64,000 bases of DNA. Origin: Myxococcota bacterium. GTDB taxonomy: Bacteria; Myxococcota_A; SURF-8. A model generated the notes under the pieces. The model saw nothing but the letters and a program-made list of their open reading frames with translations, had not been told where the DNA came from and did no database searches. Both the position numbers and the translations under genes were made by a program. Positions 1-8,854 of the stretch are shown one piece after another. The stretch covers positions 1,376,001-1,440,000 of the forward strand of contig CAXXQS010000001.1 of the NCBI GenBank assembly GCA_963674735.2, written 5' to 3'. The first letter of the stretch is position 1, and each line of letters begins with the position of its first letter.

Positions 1-598
1 CTTCTCGTCGCCAACGATTCTCGATTAAAATAACTCCACCCAAAGCGTTGGTGCCGTACAGCGTCGAGTCGCCCCCTTTGACAACTCGAACTTCTTCGAT
101 GAGAAACGGAACATAGGCATCCGGGATCGGGTGGCCGAAGATTCCCTGATAATCCGGAACGCCATCCTCGACAACTAAAACCTGTGCGTTCGGACTCCCG
201 CCTAACCCCCGGACGTGAATGGCTCCTGACGCGCCGTTAGACACGCCATGTACGCCATTTCCACGGCCTGACACGTAGATATCCGCCGATTCCTGGCTCA
301 ATGCCTCAACGGCACTGCCGCGAGCGGAATTTCGCAGTTTCTCTCCAGAGACATGCGTAGCATCGGATGTGGCGTCTTTGCCGAGCGGTTTCGCGCCTTC
401 GACGGTCACTTCAGGCAGGGAAAAGCTATCCGCGGAATCCGTCGCGGATCCCACTGAAGGCGTATCCGCGAAGTCCTCTGAAGCTTCTTCCGTTTCCGCC
501 GAAACTGATTCGGCAGGTGCGTCCGGTTCGTCCAGAGCGGCGATTCCCGTTGGATCGGAGACTTGTGTTAACAGCAACAGAAGAAGTTGAACCAGCAT
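1..598 (-). CDS. TonB-dependent receptor, N-terminal part (runs off the window start)
   Basis: Not in the ORF track. Manual translation from ATG 598: MLVQLLLLLLTQ signal-like start, acidic linker, TonB-box-like LPEVTVEG, plug motifs IHVRGLGG..QVLVVEDGVP and IEEVRVVKGGDSTLYGTNALGGVI. Frame is open to position 1. Confidence 0.9.
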   Translation of the reverse strand, partial: MLVQLLLLLLTQVSDPTGIAALDEPDAPAESVSAETEEASEDFADTPSVGSATDSADSFSLPEVTVEGAKPLGKDATSDATHVSGEKLRNSARGSAVEALSQESADIYVSGRGNGVHGVSNGASGAIHVRGLGGSPNAQVLVVEDGVPDYQGIFGHPIPDAYVPFLIEEVRVVKGGDSTLYGTNALGGVILIENRWRRE

Positions 599-607
599 GA
601 ATTTTCA

Positions 608-1102
608 CTAGTGTCCATAGGGGCCGGGAACGGAGAAGTCCTGCTCCAAATCATCGGCGGTTAGGTCGAAGAGATGAAAACTGCCGTGGCCGACGTCGTA
701 AGTCGTTTTGGTTTGATAGTTGAACCACATCGGTTCTTCGTTGATCAGACCGGTATCCATGGGGTCGGCATCCGGTTCGTCTTCCTCATCACAAAAACAC
801 AACCCGTCGATCACACCGTCGTCAACCTGTTCTTCACAGTATTTTTTAGGGTCGAATTTCTGGAAATGAATGCGATCCGATCCGGGCAGGCAGCGCCCTG
901 GACGGGTCGAATCCTCAAAGGCGAGCATCTCATCCCATATGCAACCATTGAAACTGATATTGCGAATCAGGATGTGGTCGTCAATAGTGTTCTGCACCAC
1001 GATTTCCGGATAAATCTCTTCGCAGCCTTGTACGAGCGGAAACATGCCGAGCAAGAGGATGATCGCGATCAATCCCTTGAGATATGCGAATGAGGCAGTC
1101 AT
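608..1102 (-). CDS. Hypothetical lipoprotein
   Basis: Lipobox VQGC, GGAGAG RBS, Cys- and acid-rich body, directly upstream of the TonB-dependent receptor. Confidence 0.75.
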   Translation of the reverse strand: MTASFAYLKGLIAIILLLGMFPLVQGCEEIYPEIVVQNTIDDHILIRNISFNGCIWDEMLAFEDSTRPGRCLPGSDRIHFQKFDPKKYCEEQVDDGVIDGLCFCDEEDEPDADPMDTGLINEEPMWFNYQTKTTYDVGHGSFHLFDLTADDLEQDFSVPGPYGH

Positions 1103-1162
1103 CGCTCTCCTATAAAGCCAAAAAATCCGGAATTGGATCCAGGCCGTAGCGAGCGTTTAGTC

Positions 1163-1183
1163 AAAAAGGGGACTTGCGTCCCC
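1163..1183 (-). terminator. Intrinsic terminator after the 1193-1696 gene
   Basis: Minus strand reads GGGGAC-GCAA-GTCCCC-TTTTT. Confidence 0.65.
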
Positions 1184-1192
1184 CAATCGTGA

Positions 1193-1696
1193 TTATTCAG
1201 CACATTGCGTATTCTCGGTTCGTCGGTCATAGGGCAGGAATTCATATTCGGGATACATTTCCAGAATACGATTGTAAAGCTCCTCCGGGATCGGTTGCAC
1301 GCCTTCGGGAGGGCAAGGGCCTTGGTGGTTCGGCATGTTGATCGAAATCGTTCGTTCCTGATCGACGACAACCTCTTCCTCGTTTCGGCTCGCGACCGGC
1401 AAGCAATTCTCGGGATTGCAATCGGGATCATCCCAGGCCAGCACCATCAGAACGTTGTCGACGCCCGGAGGAACTTCAAGTTCAACACTTTTCTCACCTA
1501 TTTGGATTTCACCAAATTGAACCCCCATGTAACTGGACTGGCAGACCGTCCACGGGGGATTGAATTCCATTTCGGGGTTGTCGAAGTCATTATGCAGGAT
1601 AACGTAGGCGAGATCCTCCGAGTCACCGCCGCAACCGGCAGCTGCAAACGAAACCAAGACAAGCACGAGTAAGGTAGCGGTCATAAAACGGGACAT
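1193..1696 (-). CDS. Hypothetical lipoprotein
   Basis: Start moved to ATG 1696 (GGAGGT RBS). MSRFMTATLLVLVLVSFAAAGC lipobox. Confidence 0.75.
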   Translation of the reverse strand: MSRFMTATLLVLVLVSFAAAGCGGDSEDLAYVILHNDFDNPEMEFNPPWTVCQSSYMGVQFGEIQIGEKSVELEVPPGVDNVLMVLAWDDPDCNPENCLPVASRNEEEVVVDQERTISINMPNHQGPCPPEGVQPIPEELYNRILEMYPEYEFLPYDRRTENTQCAE

Positions 1697-1849
1697 GTTT
1701 ACCTCCAAGTGAAGCGACGAATTAAGATGCAAAGAAAGTGCGGATAGCACGAATGACGCAATCGTATGCCTCACATGCCGTGATTGTCAAGAATATTTAT
1801 TGAAAAGCGCCTGTGAATGCGTCGGTATTTAGGGTGGTTGGATTTTACA

Positions 1850-1950
1850 TTTGGATAAAATTCAGAAGCAATGGAGCGATAAGAAATGTGAATAACATGT
1901 GGATACTACTGTGAATAAAATGTTTTTAACTCTGATAACTGTATGGATAT
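1850..1950. promoter_or_regulatory. Co-oriented array of DnaA-box-like 9-mers
   Basis: TGTGAATAA 1887-1895 and 1910-1918 match TTWTNCACA. Near-matches: TGTGGATAC 1898-1906, TTTGGATAA 1850-1858, TATGGATAT 1942-1950. AT-rich intergenic region. Confidence 0.55.
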
Positions 1951-2027
1951 ATATACAAATTCAGAATGCTGATAAGTACTTCAGGTTAAGGCTGACGGGT
2001 GGAGGACTGGGGTAGGGGGCAATCGAG

Positions 2028-2831
2028 TCAATCAGTCTCGTTCTCAATTCGAACAATCAGGGCCGTAATATTATCGTCACCACCTCGCGAATTTGCGAGG
2101 TTGACAAAGAACTCTAAAGCAATATCGGGATCCTTTTTGGATAGGATTTCCTGGATTTCATCCGAACTTAGCATATTGGACAGACCATCAGAGCAAATTA
2201 AAAATAAATCGTCGGGTGCGCAGCTTAGTTTTCCCGTATCGGGCAAGGTACTTCGTTCGAAACCAACGGAGCGCGTGATGATGTTCTTGTATTTACTGTT
2301 ATTTGCTTCATCTTGCGTGATAAGACCCGCATCCACCTGTTCTTGAACCAGGGAGTGATCAACCGATATCTGCTCGAAATCATTTCCGCGAAGGCGATAA
2401 ATCCGGCTGTCACCAACGTGCATGAAATAGGCGTGCTGATCGATCAACAGCAAACCGGAAAGCGTCGTTCCCATGCCCGACAATGAGTGATCGAGCTTGA
2501 TTTCGTCGAGGATAGCCCCGGAGGCCGCTTGAACAGAGGCCGACAATATCTCCAGAATCGGATCATCGCTGATAAACATCATCTGTGTGCCGCTTTCTTG
2601 GGGCGAGATCTGCGGCAGCCGTTTGATCAGTTCACGTTCGATCGTTTCCACGGAAATCTGGCTGGCCCGTTCACCAGCATTGTGTCCGCCCATCCCATCC
2701 GCGACCAGAAAAAGATGCAAATCGGAATTGACCAGAAAGGAATCTTCGTTGTGATCGCGTTTCTTGCCAACATCCGTTATTTGCCAGGATTTGATCAGCA
2801 TGGGAAAAGACCTCATAGCAACAGGGTTCAC
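2028..2831 (-). CDS. PP2C-family Ser/Thr protein phosphatase (Stp1/PrpC type)
   Basis: Motifs TDVGKKRDHNED, VADGMGGH, GMGTT, HVGDSR, CSDGL, GGDDNIT. Start uncertain (2801 possible). Confidence 0.93.
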   Translation of the reverse strand: MNPVAMRSFPMLIKSWQITDVGKKRDHNEDSFLVNSDLHLFLVADGMGGHNAGERASQISVETIERELIKRLPQISPQESGTQMMFISDDPILEILSASVQAASGAILDEIKLDHSLSGMGTTLSGLLLIDQHAYFMHVGDSRIYRLRGNDFEQISVDHSLVQEQVDAGLITQDEANNSKYKNIITRSVGFERSTLPDTGKLSCAPDDLFLICSDGLSNMLSSDEIQEILSKKDPDIALEFFVNLANSRGGDDNITALIVRIENETD

Positions 2832-2909
2832 GACTGCGATTAAACAGACATAAATAATACGAGTAATATCGCTTGAACTTACCGCTTTTATAATCTTATC
2901 AAGCGGAAC

Positions 2910-4664
2910 CTAGCTCTGCAAATGCTTTTTTGCAACCGAAGGTCGGCAACGATCTGCTTGAACGGCTGAACGTGCATGACGTAGAAGATCGTGAGCAGCT
3001 TGAAGAGAAGCGGAGCCGGTTGCCTCTCCAGCCATCATATGGGCTAATTCCATGGCGCGTTGGTTGTCGTCGGACAGCGGGGACACTTCCGAAAAAGTCC
3101 GGTTGTCGGTGACGGTCTTTGTGACATGCCAATGCGTATCCGCGTAGGCAGCGATTTGCGGAAGATGAGTAATGCAGATTGCCTGGCGCGTCCGCGACAG
3201 GGCGTGAATCTTTTCTCCCAGGCGATGCGCGACTTCTCCGCCAATCCCCGAATCGACTTCATCGAACACGGACAATGAAACGGGGTCGGAGTTTTGAAGG
3301 ACGCTTTTAATGGCCAGCATGATGCGCGACAGTTCGCCCCCCGAAGCAATCCGCGCCAAAGGCCGCAATGATTCTCCGACGTTGGGTGACAGCAAAAACT
3401 CGACATGGTCGATACCATCGGGTCCGATGCAGACTCCGGCTCCGTCGATCGTTTCTTCGGAACCAGCGGATTTTGGGGAAAGCCGGACGACAAAACGGGT
3501 TTTCGGCATGGCCAGATTTCGAAGCTCGTCTTCAACCGCTTCCGAAAAATGCGAGGCAGCCATTCGGCGCTTTTCGGAGAGAACAGAAGCGCGGCCAAGA
3601 ACGGCTTTCCGAGCATGCTCGATTGCGGTGCGCGTACCATCTAGAGCGGCCTCAAGATCTTCCATCGCGGCCAGTTCCGTTTGCATCTCCGCTTGTTTGG
3701 CCTTCAGATCGGCGAAAGTCGGTCCGTGTTTACGCAACAACCGAGCAAGTAGAGCAAGGCGCGTTTCGACTTCATCGAGACGTTTGGGATCGATATCGAG
3801 CTTGCGCAAACGCTCGCTTATGCCAAGCGATAAATCGTCCAACTCCAGTTGGACCGTTTGCAGGCGAGATATCCATTCCCGAGCATCCTTGAGATAAGCC
3901 TGAATGCGCTCCAATTCTCTTTTCGTTTTCGCTGTTCGTGAAGCCGCACCGCTATCTCCGCCTATTTGTTCGGCCGCGGCGGTCAAGGCCCCGCGAATCT
4001 TTTCGGAATGCCTTAAAAGATCGCGTTCGGCTTCGAGTTCGTCTTCCTCGTTTTCTCTGAAATCGGCCCTATCCAGCTCTTTGAGTTGAAAACGCAGAAA
4101 ATCTTCACGTTCAAGCTTGTAACGAGCCGTGTTTTCGAGTTTACGGTGCGCCTTAACGCATTTTGCCAATTCGCGGTAGAGCAGGGTGACTTCTTCGCGT
4201 AGGCCTTCCAATCCCCCCACACGATCAAGCAGGAAAAGATGCTGGTCGACCTGCAACAGACTTTGATGCTGATGCTGGCTTGAAATGTCTATCAGTTGCT
4301 CGCCAATTTCGGAAAGGCTGCCGGCTGTGACCGGATGGTCATTGATCCAGGCGCGGCTGCGACCCCGCTGCATCACCTGGCGGCGCACAGTGAGACACGC
4401 CTCGGCTTCGATACCCAGTTCGCTGAGTTGAGCATAAACGGGACTTTGAGGGGGGATTACGAATTCTGCCATGATTTCGGCATAGTCGCATCCCGTCCGA
4501 ACAAGATCGGCAGATGCGCGGCCTCCCATAATGAGGTTAAGCGCACCAACTAAAATCGATTTGCCCGCACCCGTCTCGCCGGTCAGAATTGTCAACCCAT
4601 CGATAAAAGAGAGATCAAGTTCATCGATGATGGCGAAATGCCGGATCGTCAAACGCTGCAGCAT
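2910..4664 (-). CDS. recN: DNA repair protein RecN
   Basis: LTGETGAGKS Walker A, coiled coil, ASGGELSR, FDEVDSGIGG, CITHLPQIAA. Follows nadK as usual. Confidence 0.97.
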   Translation of the reverse strand: MLQRLTIRHFAIIDELDLSFIDGLTILTGETGAGKSILVGALNLIMGGRASADLVRTGCDYAEIMAEFVIPPQSPVYAQLSELGIEAEACLTVRRQVMQRGRSRAWINDHPVTAGSLSEIGEQLIDISSQHQHQSLLQVDQHLFLLDRVGGLEGLREEVTLLYRELAKCVKAHRKLENTARYKLEREDFLRFQLKELDRADFRENEEDELEAERDLLRHSEKIRGALTAAAEQIGGDSGAASRTAKTKRELERIQAYLKDAREWISRLQTVQLELDDLSLGISERLRKLDIDPKRLDEVETRLALLARLLRKHGPTFADLKAKQAEMQTELAAMEDLEAALDGTRTAIEHARKAVLGRASVLSEKRRMAASHFSEAVEDELRNLAMPKTRFVVRLSPKSAGSEETIDGAGVCIGPDGIDHVEFLLSPNVGESLRPLARIASGGELSRIMLAIKSVLQNSDPVSLSVFDEVDSGIGGEVAHRLGEKIHALSRTRQAICITHLPQIAAYADTHWHVTKTVTDNRTFSEVSPLSDDNQRAMELAHMMAGEATGSASLQAAHDLLRHARSAVQADRCRPSVAKKHLQS

Positions 4665-5519
4665 TCAGCACTGCCCCCAACCCAATTTGTGGCGCAGAAT
4701 ATTGAAATAGTCGCTCAGGTGAGAGCGAATAAGCTTAACCGTTAGAAGAGCACGGCGCACAGCCACCCGGTCCCCTTCCAGCATCTGCACACCTTCCTGA
4801 CCGTCGAGGGTAAGATAAACCTCGCCATTGGCTTCGGCCAACTCGATAAAGATTTCAATATCATCGGGTAATACAACCGGCCGGTTGGCAAAAGTATGCG
4901 GGCAAATGGGAGTAATGACGAAGGCGTCGAGAGTCGGATATACGACCGGTCCCCCGGCAGACATGTTGTAGGCAGTTGACCCGGTCGGGGTTGAAACAAT
5001 CAACCCATCGGCGCGATAACTGGTCATTAGACCTTGTGTCGTCGAAGCCTCAAGCCGAATGATGCGTGCCAGAGCGCCTTTGTTGATAACCATGTCGTTC
5101 AATACCGTGCGTGAGAAGATCTCTTCTCCACTTCGTAACAACGAAACACGCAACATGCGTCTTTCCGTGGTTTCAAAATCGCCGCTTAGCATGCGATCGA
5201 GTGCGGTCTCGATTTCGTTTGTCGGAATTTCCGTTAAAAAACCGAGTTGCCCGAGATTGATACCCAGTACCGGAACATCCCGGCCATCCAGCAAATGAGC
5301 AGCATGAATCAAGGTGCCATCGCCGCCGAGAACGACCAGTGCATCCGCGTTATTGACGATCTCGCCTTCCGGCATCAACTTGACACGGCGATGATTCCAA
5401 CTGAGGTCGTTGCTGATTTGCAAAGAGCAATCGGCTTCCAGTAGAAACTCAACAACTTGCGCTAACACTTGACGTGTTTCCGGCTTACTTTTCTTATAGA
5501 CGACCGCAATGTTTTTCAT
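4665..5519 (-). CDS. nadK: NAD(+) kinase
   Basis: GGDGT, GINLGQLGFL, DGLIVSTPTGSTAYNMSAGGP. Start taken at MKNIAVVY. Confidence 0.96.
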   Translation of the reverse strand: MKNIAVVYKKSKPETRQVLAQVVEFLLEADCSLQISNDLSWNHRRVKLMPEGEIVNNADALVVLGGDGTLIHAAHLLDGRDVPVLGINLGQLGFLTEIPTNEIETALDRMLSGDFETTERRMLRVSLLRSGEEIFSRTVLNDMVINKGALARIIRLEASTTQGLMTSYRADGLIVSTPTGSTAYNMSAGGPVVYPTLDAFVITPICPHTFANRPVVLPDDIEIFIELAEANGEVYLTLDGQEGVQMLEGDRVAVRRALLTVKLIRSHLSDYFNILRHKLGWGQC

Positions 5520-5762
5520 GGTCGAATCCCGTCCGGTAAATGTTGCAAGAAGCACATGAACAGGTACACCAAACTATGTTGACACGGAAAGAATGCGGAC
5601 GCAAGTATCCGGGAAATAAAAGATCGGCGGCATCGAGAATTCGGTTCCAACAGACACAGCCTGCCAATGATTTACACGTGTCGAAATCAAAATCCTGTAG
5701 ATCGAGATGCCGTGATCAAAGACAAACTCACACAGGAAAACACCGGATGTAGATTGTTGAAG

Positions 5763-6311
5763 CTACTTGTCCTTCAAAACCTCAAGCGCCCCCTCTCGGT
5801 CTCCCGACTCAGCAAGAGCAGAAGCGGTCATGCCGTCTCCGATGCGTTTAAGCCTGGCAAGAATCGCGAGTGGAGTACTGTTGCTGCGATCCGCCATAAC
5901 CGCCTCGACTTTTTCGCTGCTGCTGGCGTCCAAAGCTTTGAGACGCTTTGAAAAGGCCGTGTTGATGGAATCGATTAACTCGTCGAAATCGCAGGGTTTC
6001 TGAAGAAGCTCATAGGCACCTTGACGCCCGAGACGGAAGGCCGAGTCGATCCCGCCATGTCCCGACAAAATAATGATTTCCATGGTCGGATCAAGTTGTT
6101 TCAACTCTTTTAGTAATTCTTCGCCATCCATATTCGGCATCTTCAAATCGAGCAGGCCGACTTCGTAGCTTTCGGTTTTTGCCGCTTCCAAAGCCTTGAC
6201 CGGATCGGTAAACGCCGCAACCGAGATGTTGTGGCGTTCCAGGTGTTTGGTCATGTAAGTGACAAACTCTGCCTCATCATCGACAAATAAAAGTTTGATT
6301 AAAGTTGACAT
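5763..6311 (-). CDS. Response regulator receiver with C-terminal extension carrying an AxALAESG motif
   Basis: AGGAGG RBS. FVDDE, LLDLKMP, LSGHG, LQKP. Tail GMTASALAESGDREGALEVL. No HTH. Confidence 0.9.
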   Translation of the reverse strand: MSTLIKLLFVDDEAEFVTYMTKHLERHNISVAAFTDPVKALEAAKTESYEVGLLDLKMPNMDGEELLKELKQLDPTMEIIILSGHGGIDSAFRLGRQGAYELLQKPCDFDELIDSINTAFSKRLKALDASSSEKVEAVMADRSNSTPLAILARLKRIGDGMTASALAESGDREGALEVLKDK

Positions 6312-6511
6312 GTTATACGCCTCCTTACATTTTTTGAAAGGTTGGTTAGTTTTTCTATTCCAACTAAAAATATACAAATTCAGACTGGTTGTCAATACAA
6401 ACTCGCGACATAGGATTTCAATGTGAAACAAGATGAAACACTGGACAAAAGCTGTCGGTCTGTAATATACTAATTGCTGAAATTTCTGAACCTAAACGAA
6501 GTCAAAACCCG

Positions 6512-7957
6512 ATGAACGGCAAAAATCCCGATAAAACACCCAAGTCGCCTGCTTTCCCGCGGGAAGAGGGCCCTCTGAGCTCCATACTTGACCTGCATGC
6601 CGTCTTGGAAGGCATGCCGATCGCGGCTGTCATTCTTGATAAACAGCTACGGGTTCACATGGCGAACCGGGCCTTTGAGGCGTTGACAGGATATGCCGAA
6701 GAACGGATCTGCGGGTTGTTGGGTTATTATGTATTTCGGAGTAGCTTTCATCGCTACGACTGGCCGGTCGCTTCGGCTCTTTCGGACGGATCTTCCTGCA
6801 AAGATGAAGGCGATATCATCAATTTGTCGCGTCAGCGTGTCCCTGTGCGCCTTCATGCACACCCCCTTCCAAATTCCGAAGGTGAAACAGTGGCCGTGCT
6901 TGCGGTTCTGGAGGACCTTTCGCGAGACGAGAGTTTGCCCGCTCAGGATTCCATCGAAATGTCGGGGTCCGAGATTATCGGTCATTCGCCCAGCATGTTG
7001 AAGGTGCTCAAGAGCCTTCCGATTCTAGCCCAAACCGACTCGACAGTCCTCGTTACCGGCGAAACCGGTACCGGGAAAGACCTGATAGCTGCCGTTATCC
7101 ACAAGTTGTCAACAAGGAACGCCGGCGCTTATGTCAAAGTCAACTGCGGGGCATTACCCGAAAACCTGATGGAATCCGAGTTGTTCGGCCACAAACGCGG
7201 CGCTTTTACAGGGGCCGACCGCGATAAGCCCGGGCGTTTCCAGCTAGCCGACGGAGGCACACTGTATTTGACGGAAATCGGCGACTTACCACTGGCCTTG
7301 CAGGTAAAACTCCTAACGGTTCTGGACGACCGTGAAGTTTCGCCTTTAGGAGGGACGCGAAATATCTCCACTGATGTTCGCCTCATCACCGCCACGCATC
7401 GAGATTTGGAGTTCATGACGAACAAAGGCTTGTTCCGTCGCGATCTACTCTACCGACTTAAAGTCATTCGAATCGACCTACCTCCTCTGCGAGAGCGCGG
7501 AGATGATGTTCTCCTACTTGCATCGCACTTTCTAATTCGCTTTAAAAACAAACTGGGCAAAGATATCAAAGGCTTTTCTGACAAAGCTGAATTTCATTTA
7601 CGCAACTATCAGTACCCGGGCAATGTGCGCGAGCTGATGAATATCATCGAATATGCAGTGAGCATCTGCGATGGTTCGCGCATCGAGATCGGAGATCTCC
7701 CCGACTATCTGAAGGAAGAGCGCCAGACGGTCGATATTTCCGAAGAAATTCCCGAGCGCGACAAGACGCTGGCGACGGATGCGCTCCCGCCGATTCCGCA
7801 CGGTAACAATGAGAATCTTGATTGGCAACAAATCGAACGCCGTATGATTGCCGAAGCATTGATTGCAACCCGGGGGAATCGCGCCAAGGCGGCCGCAAAA
7901 TTGGGTTGGGCACGCGCCACTTTGTGGCGAAAAATGAAGAAACACGGACTGCAATGA
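6512..7957 (+). CDS. Sigma54-dependent activator (PAS + AAA+ + Fis HTH)
   Basis: GETGTGKD, ESELFGHKRGAFTGA, PGNVREL, C-terminal HTH. N-terminal PAS and no receiver domain. Confidence 0.95.
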   Translation: MNGKNPDKTPKSPAFPREEGPLSSILDLHAVLEGMPIAAVILDKQLRVHMANRAFEALTGYAEERICGLLGYYVFRSSFHRYDWPVASALSDGSSCKDEGDIINLSRQRVPVRLHAHPLPNSEGETVAVLAVLEDLSRDESLPAQDSIEMSGSEIIGHSPSMLKVLKSLPILAQTDSTVLVTGETGTGKDLIAAVIHKLSTRNAGAYVKVNCGALPENLMESELFGHKRGAFTGADRDKPGRFQLADGGTLYLTEIGDLPLALQVKLLTVLDDREVSPLGGTRNISTDVRLITATHRDLEFMTNKGLFRRDLLYRLKVIRIDLPPLRERGDDVLLLASHFLIRFKNKLGKDIKGFSDKAEFHLRNYQYPGNVRELMNIIEYAVSICDGSRIEIGDLPDYLKEERQTVDISEEIPERDKTLATDALPPIPHGNNENLDWQQIERRMIAEALIATRGNRAKAAAKLGWARATLWRKMKKHGLQ

Positions 7958-8289
7958 TACGCAAGACTATGATACCGATTCAGAAGGATGACGTCGCACC
8001 GCGCTTCGATCTTGCCGTTGAAGTGTTGCTGGCAACCGTGTCCAAACATGGTGTGGAGAGCAAGAAAATGCTTGTGCTTTCGGCTCCGTCCGCTGAAGAA
8101 CTCTGCCAAATGGCGCTACGAGAACAAGTGGATGTTCTCGTTTGCGGCGCCATCGAGCAGGAATATTACGATTACCTGACCTGGAAAGAAGTCCGAGTTC
8201 TGGATTCCATTATTGGCTCCTACGAGTCGGTTCTCGTCAAGCTGGTGGAAGGTCAGTTGGCAATCGGGGATGTGTTTCCAAACCTATAA
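7954..8289 (+). CDS. NifB/NifX (FeMo-cofactor-binding) family-like small protein
   Basis: ATGA overlap with the activator stop codon. VAPRFD and VDVLVCGAI motifs. Confidence 0.75.
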   Translation: MIRKTMIPIQKDDVAPRFDLAVEVLLATVSKHGVESKKMLVLSAPSAEELCQMALREQVDVLVCGAIEQEYYDYLTWKEVRVLDSIIGSYESVLVKLVEGQLAIGDVFPNL

Positions 8290-8449
8290 ATTCTATTAAA
8301 AGACGAAATGAAACGCCGCTAGATTCGATTCACAATGAAACGAATTGGATCAAATACATCGTATCATAGTGTATCATAATGTTTCTTGCGTTTTGTGTGA
8401 TACCGTCAGCTTCAATAATTATCTCTGCAATAATAGATGCTTAGGAAAA

Positions 8450-8466
8450 TTGGCTCAATGCTTGCT
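8450..8466 (+). promoter_or_regulatory. Sigma54 (-24/-12) promoter
   Basis: TTGGCTCAATGCTTGCT with exact GG-N10-GC spacing, about 45 nt upstream of ATG 8510, next to a sigma54 activator gene. Confidence 0.85.
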
Positions 8467-8509
8467 ATTTCATTGAGGCGTGGCTTGTTGACAATTATGG
8501 AGATCAATC

Positions 8510-8854
8510 ATGACGATCATGAAAAATATGCGTGAATGGTTAGAGAAGTGGTCCACCGCCGTTGCGTTCGGCGAGGCGAACGACGCGAAGGCCGTACAAG
8601 AGATTACCGGCATGCCCGAACCGAAGGATTTGCGTCAAACGGTCGAAGACTGGATGACGGCGGCTGCTTTTGCAGAAGCGAATGCTCCGGAAGCGGCCCG
8701 GGAAGCGTTGAATGTCGAAGAGCCGATCGAGGATTACCTGGAACGGAAGCTGGGGGCCGTCATGTTGTACGGCGTCGCAGCCGTTGAAAGCGTGAACGAC
8801 GACCTCAACATTCCAGGCTTGAATATTTGGTACGGAACGGCTGAGGTCGCTTAA
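8510..8854 (+). CDS. Hypothetical protein with two AxAF(A/G)EA repeats
   Basis: GGAG RBS. WSTAVAFGEAND and WMTAAAFAEANA. Second repeat pair MLYGVAAV / IWYGTAEV. Confidence 0.85.
   Translation: MTIMKNMREWLEKWSTAVAFGEANDAKAVQEITGMPEPKDLRQTVEDWMTAAAFAEANAPEAAREALNVEEPIEDYLERKLGAVMLYGVAAVESVNDDLNIPGLNIWYGTAEVA

Noticed and set aside
1850-1980. Chromosomal oriC
   Set aside because: Not called. No dnaA, dnaN or gidA nearby, no clear DnaA-trio tract, and essential genes point toward the site. Kept only as a DnaA-box cluster.
1700-2027. Cobalamin riboswitch or Fur box upstream of the TonB operon
   Set aside because: No B12-box or GGGAA..GCCACTG elements and no convincing GATAATGATAATCATTATC match.
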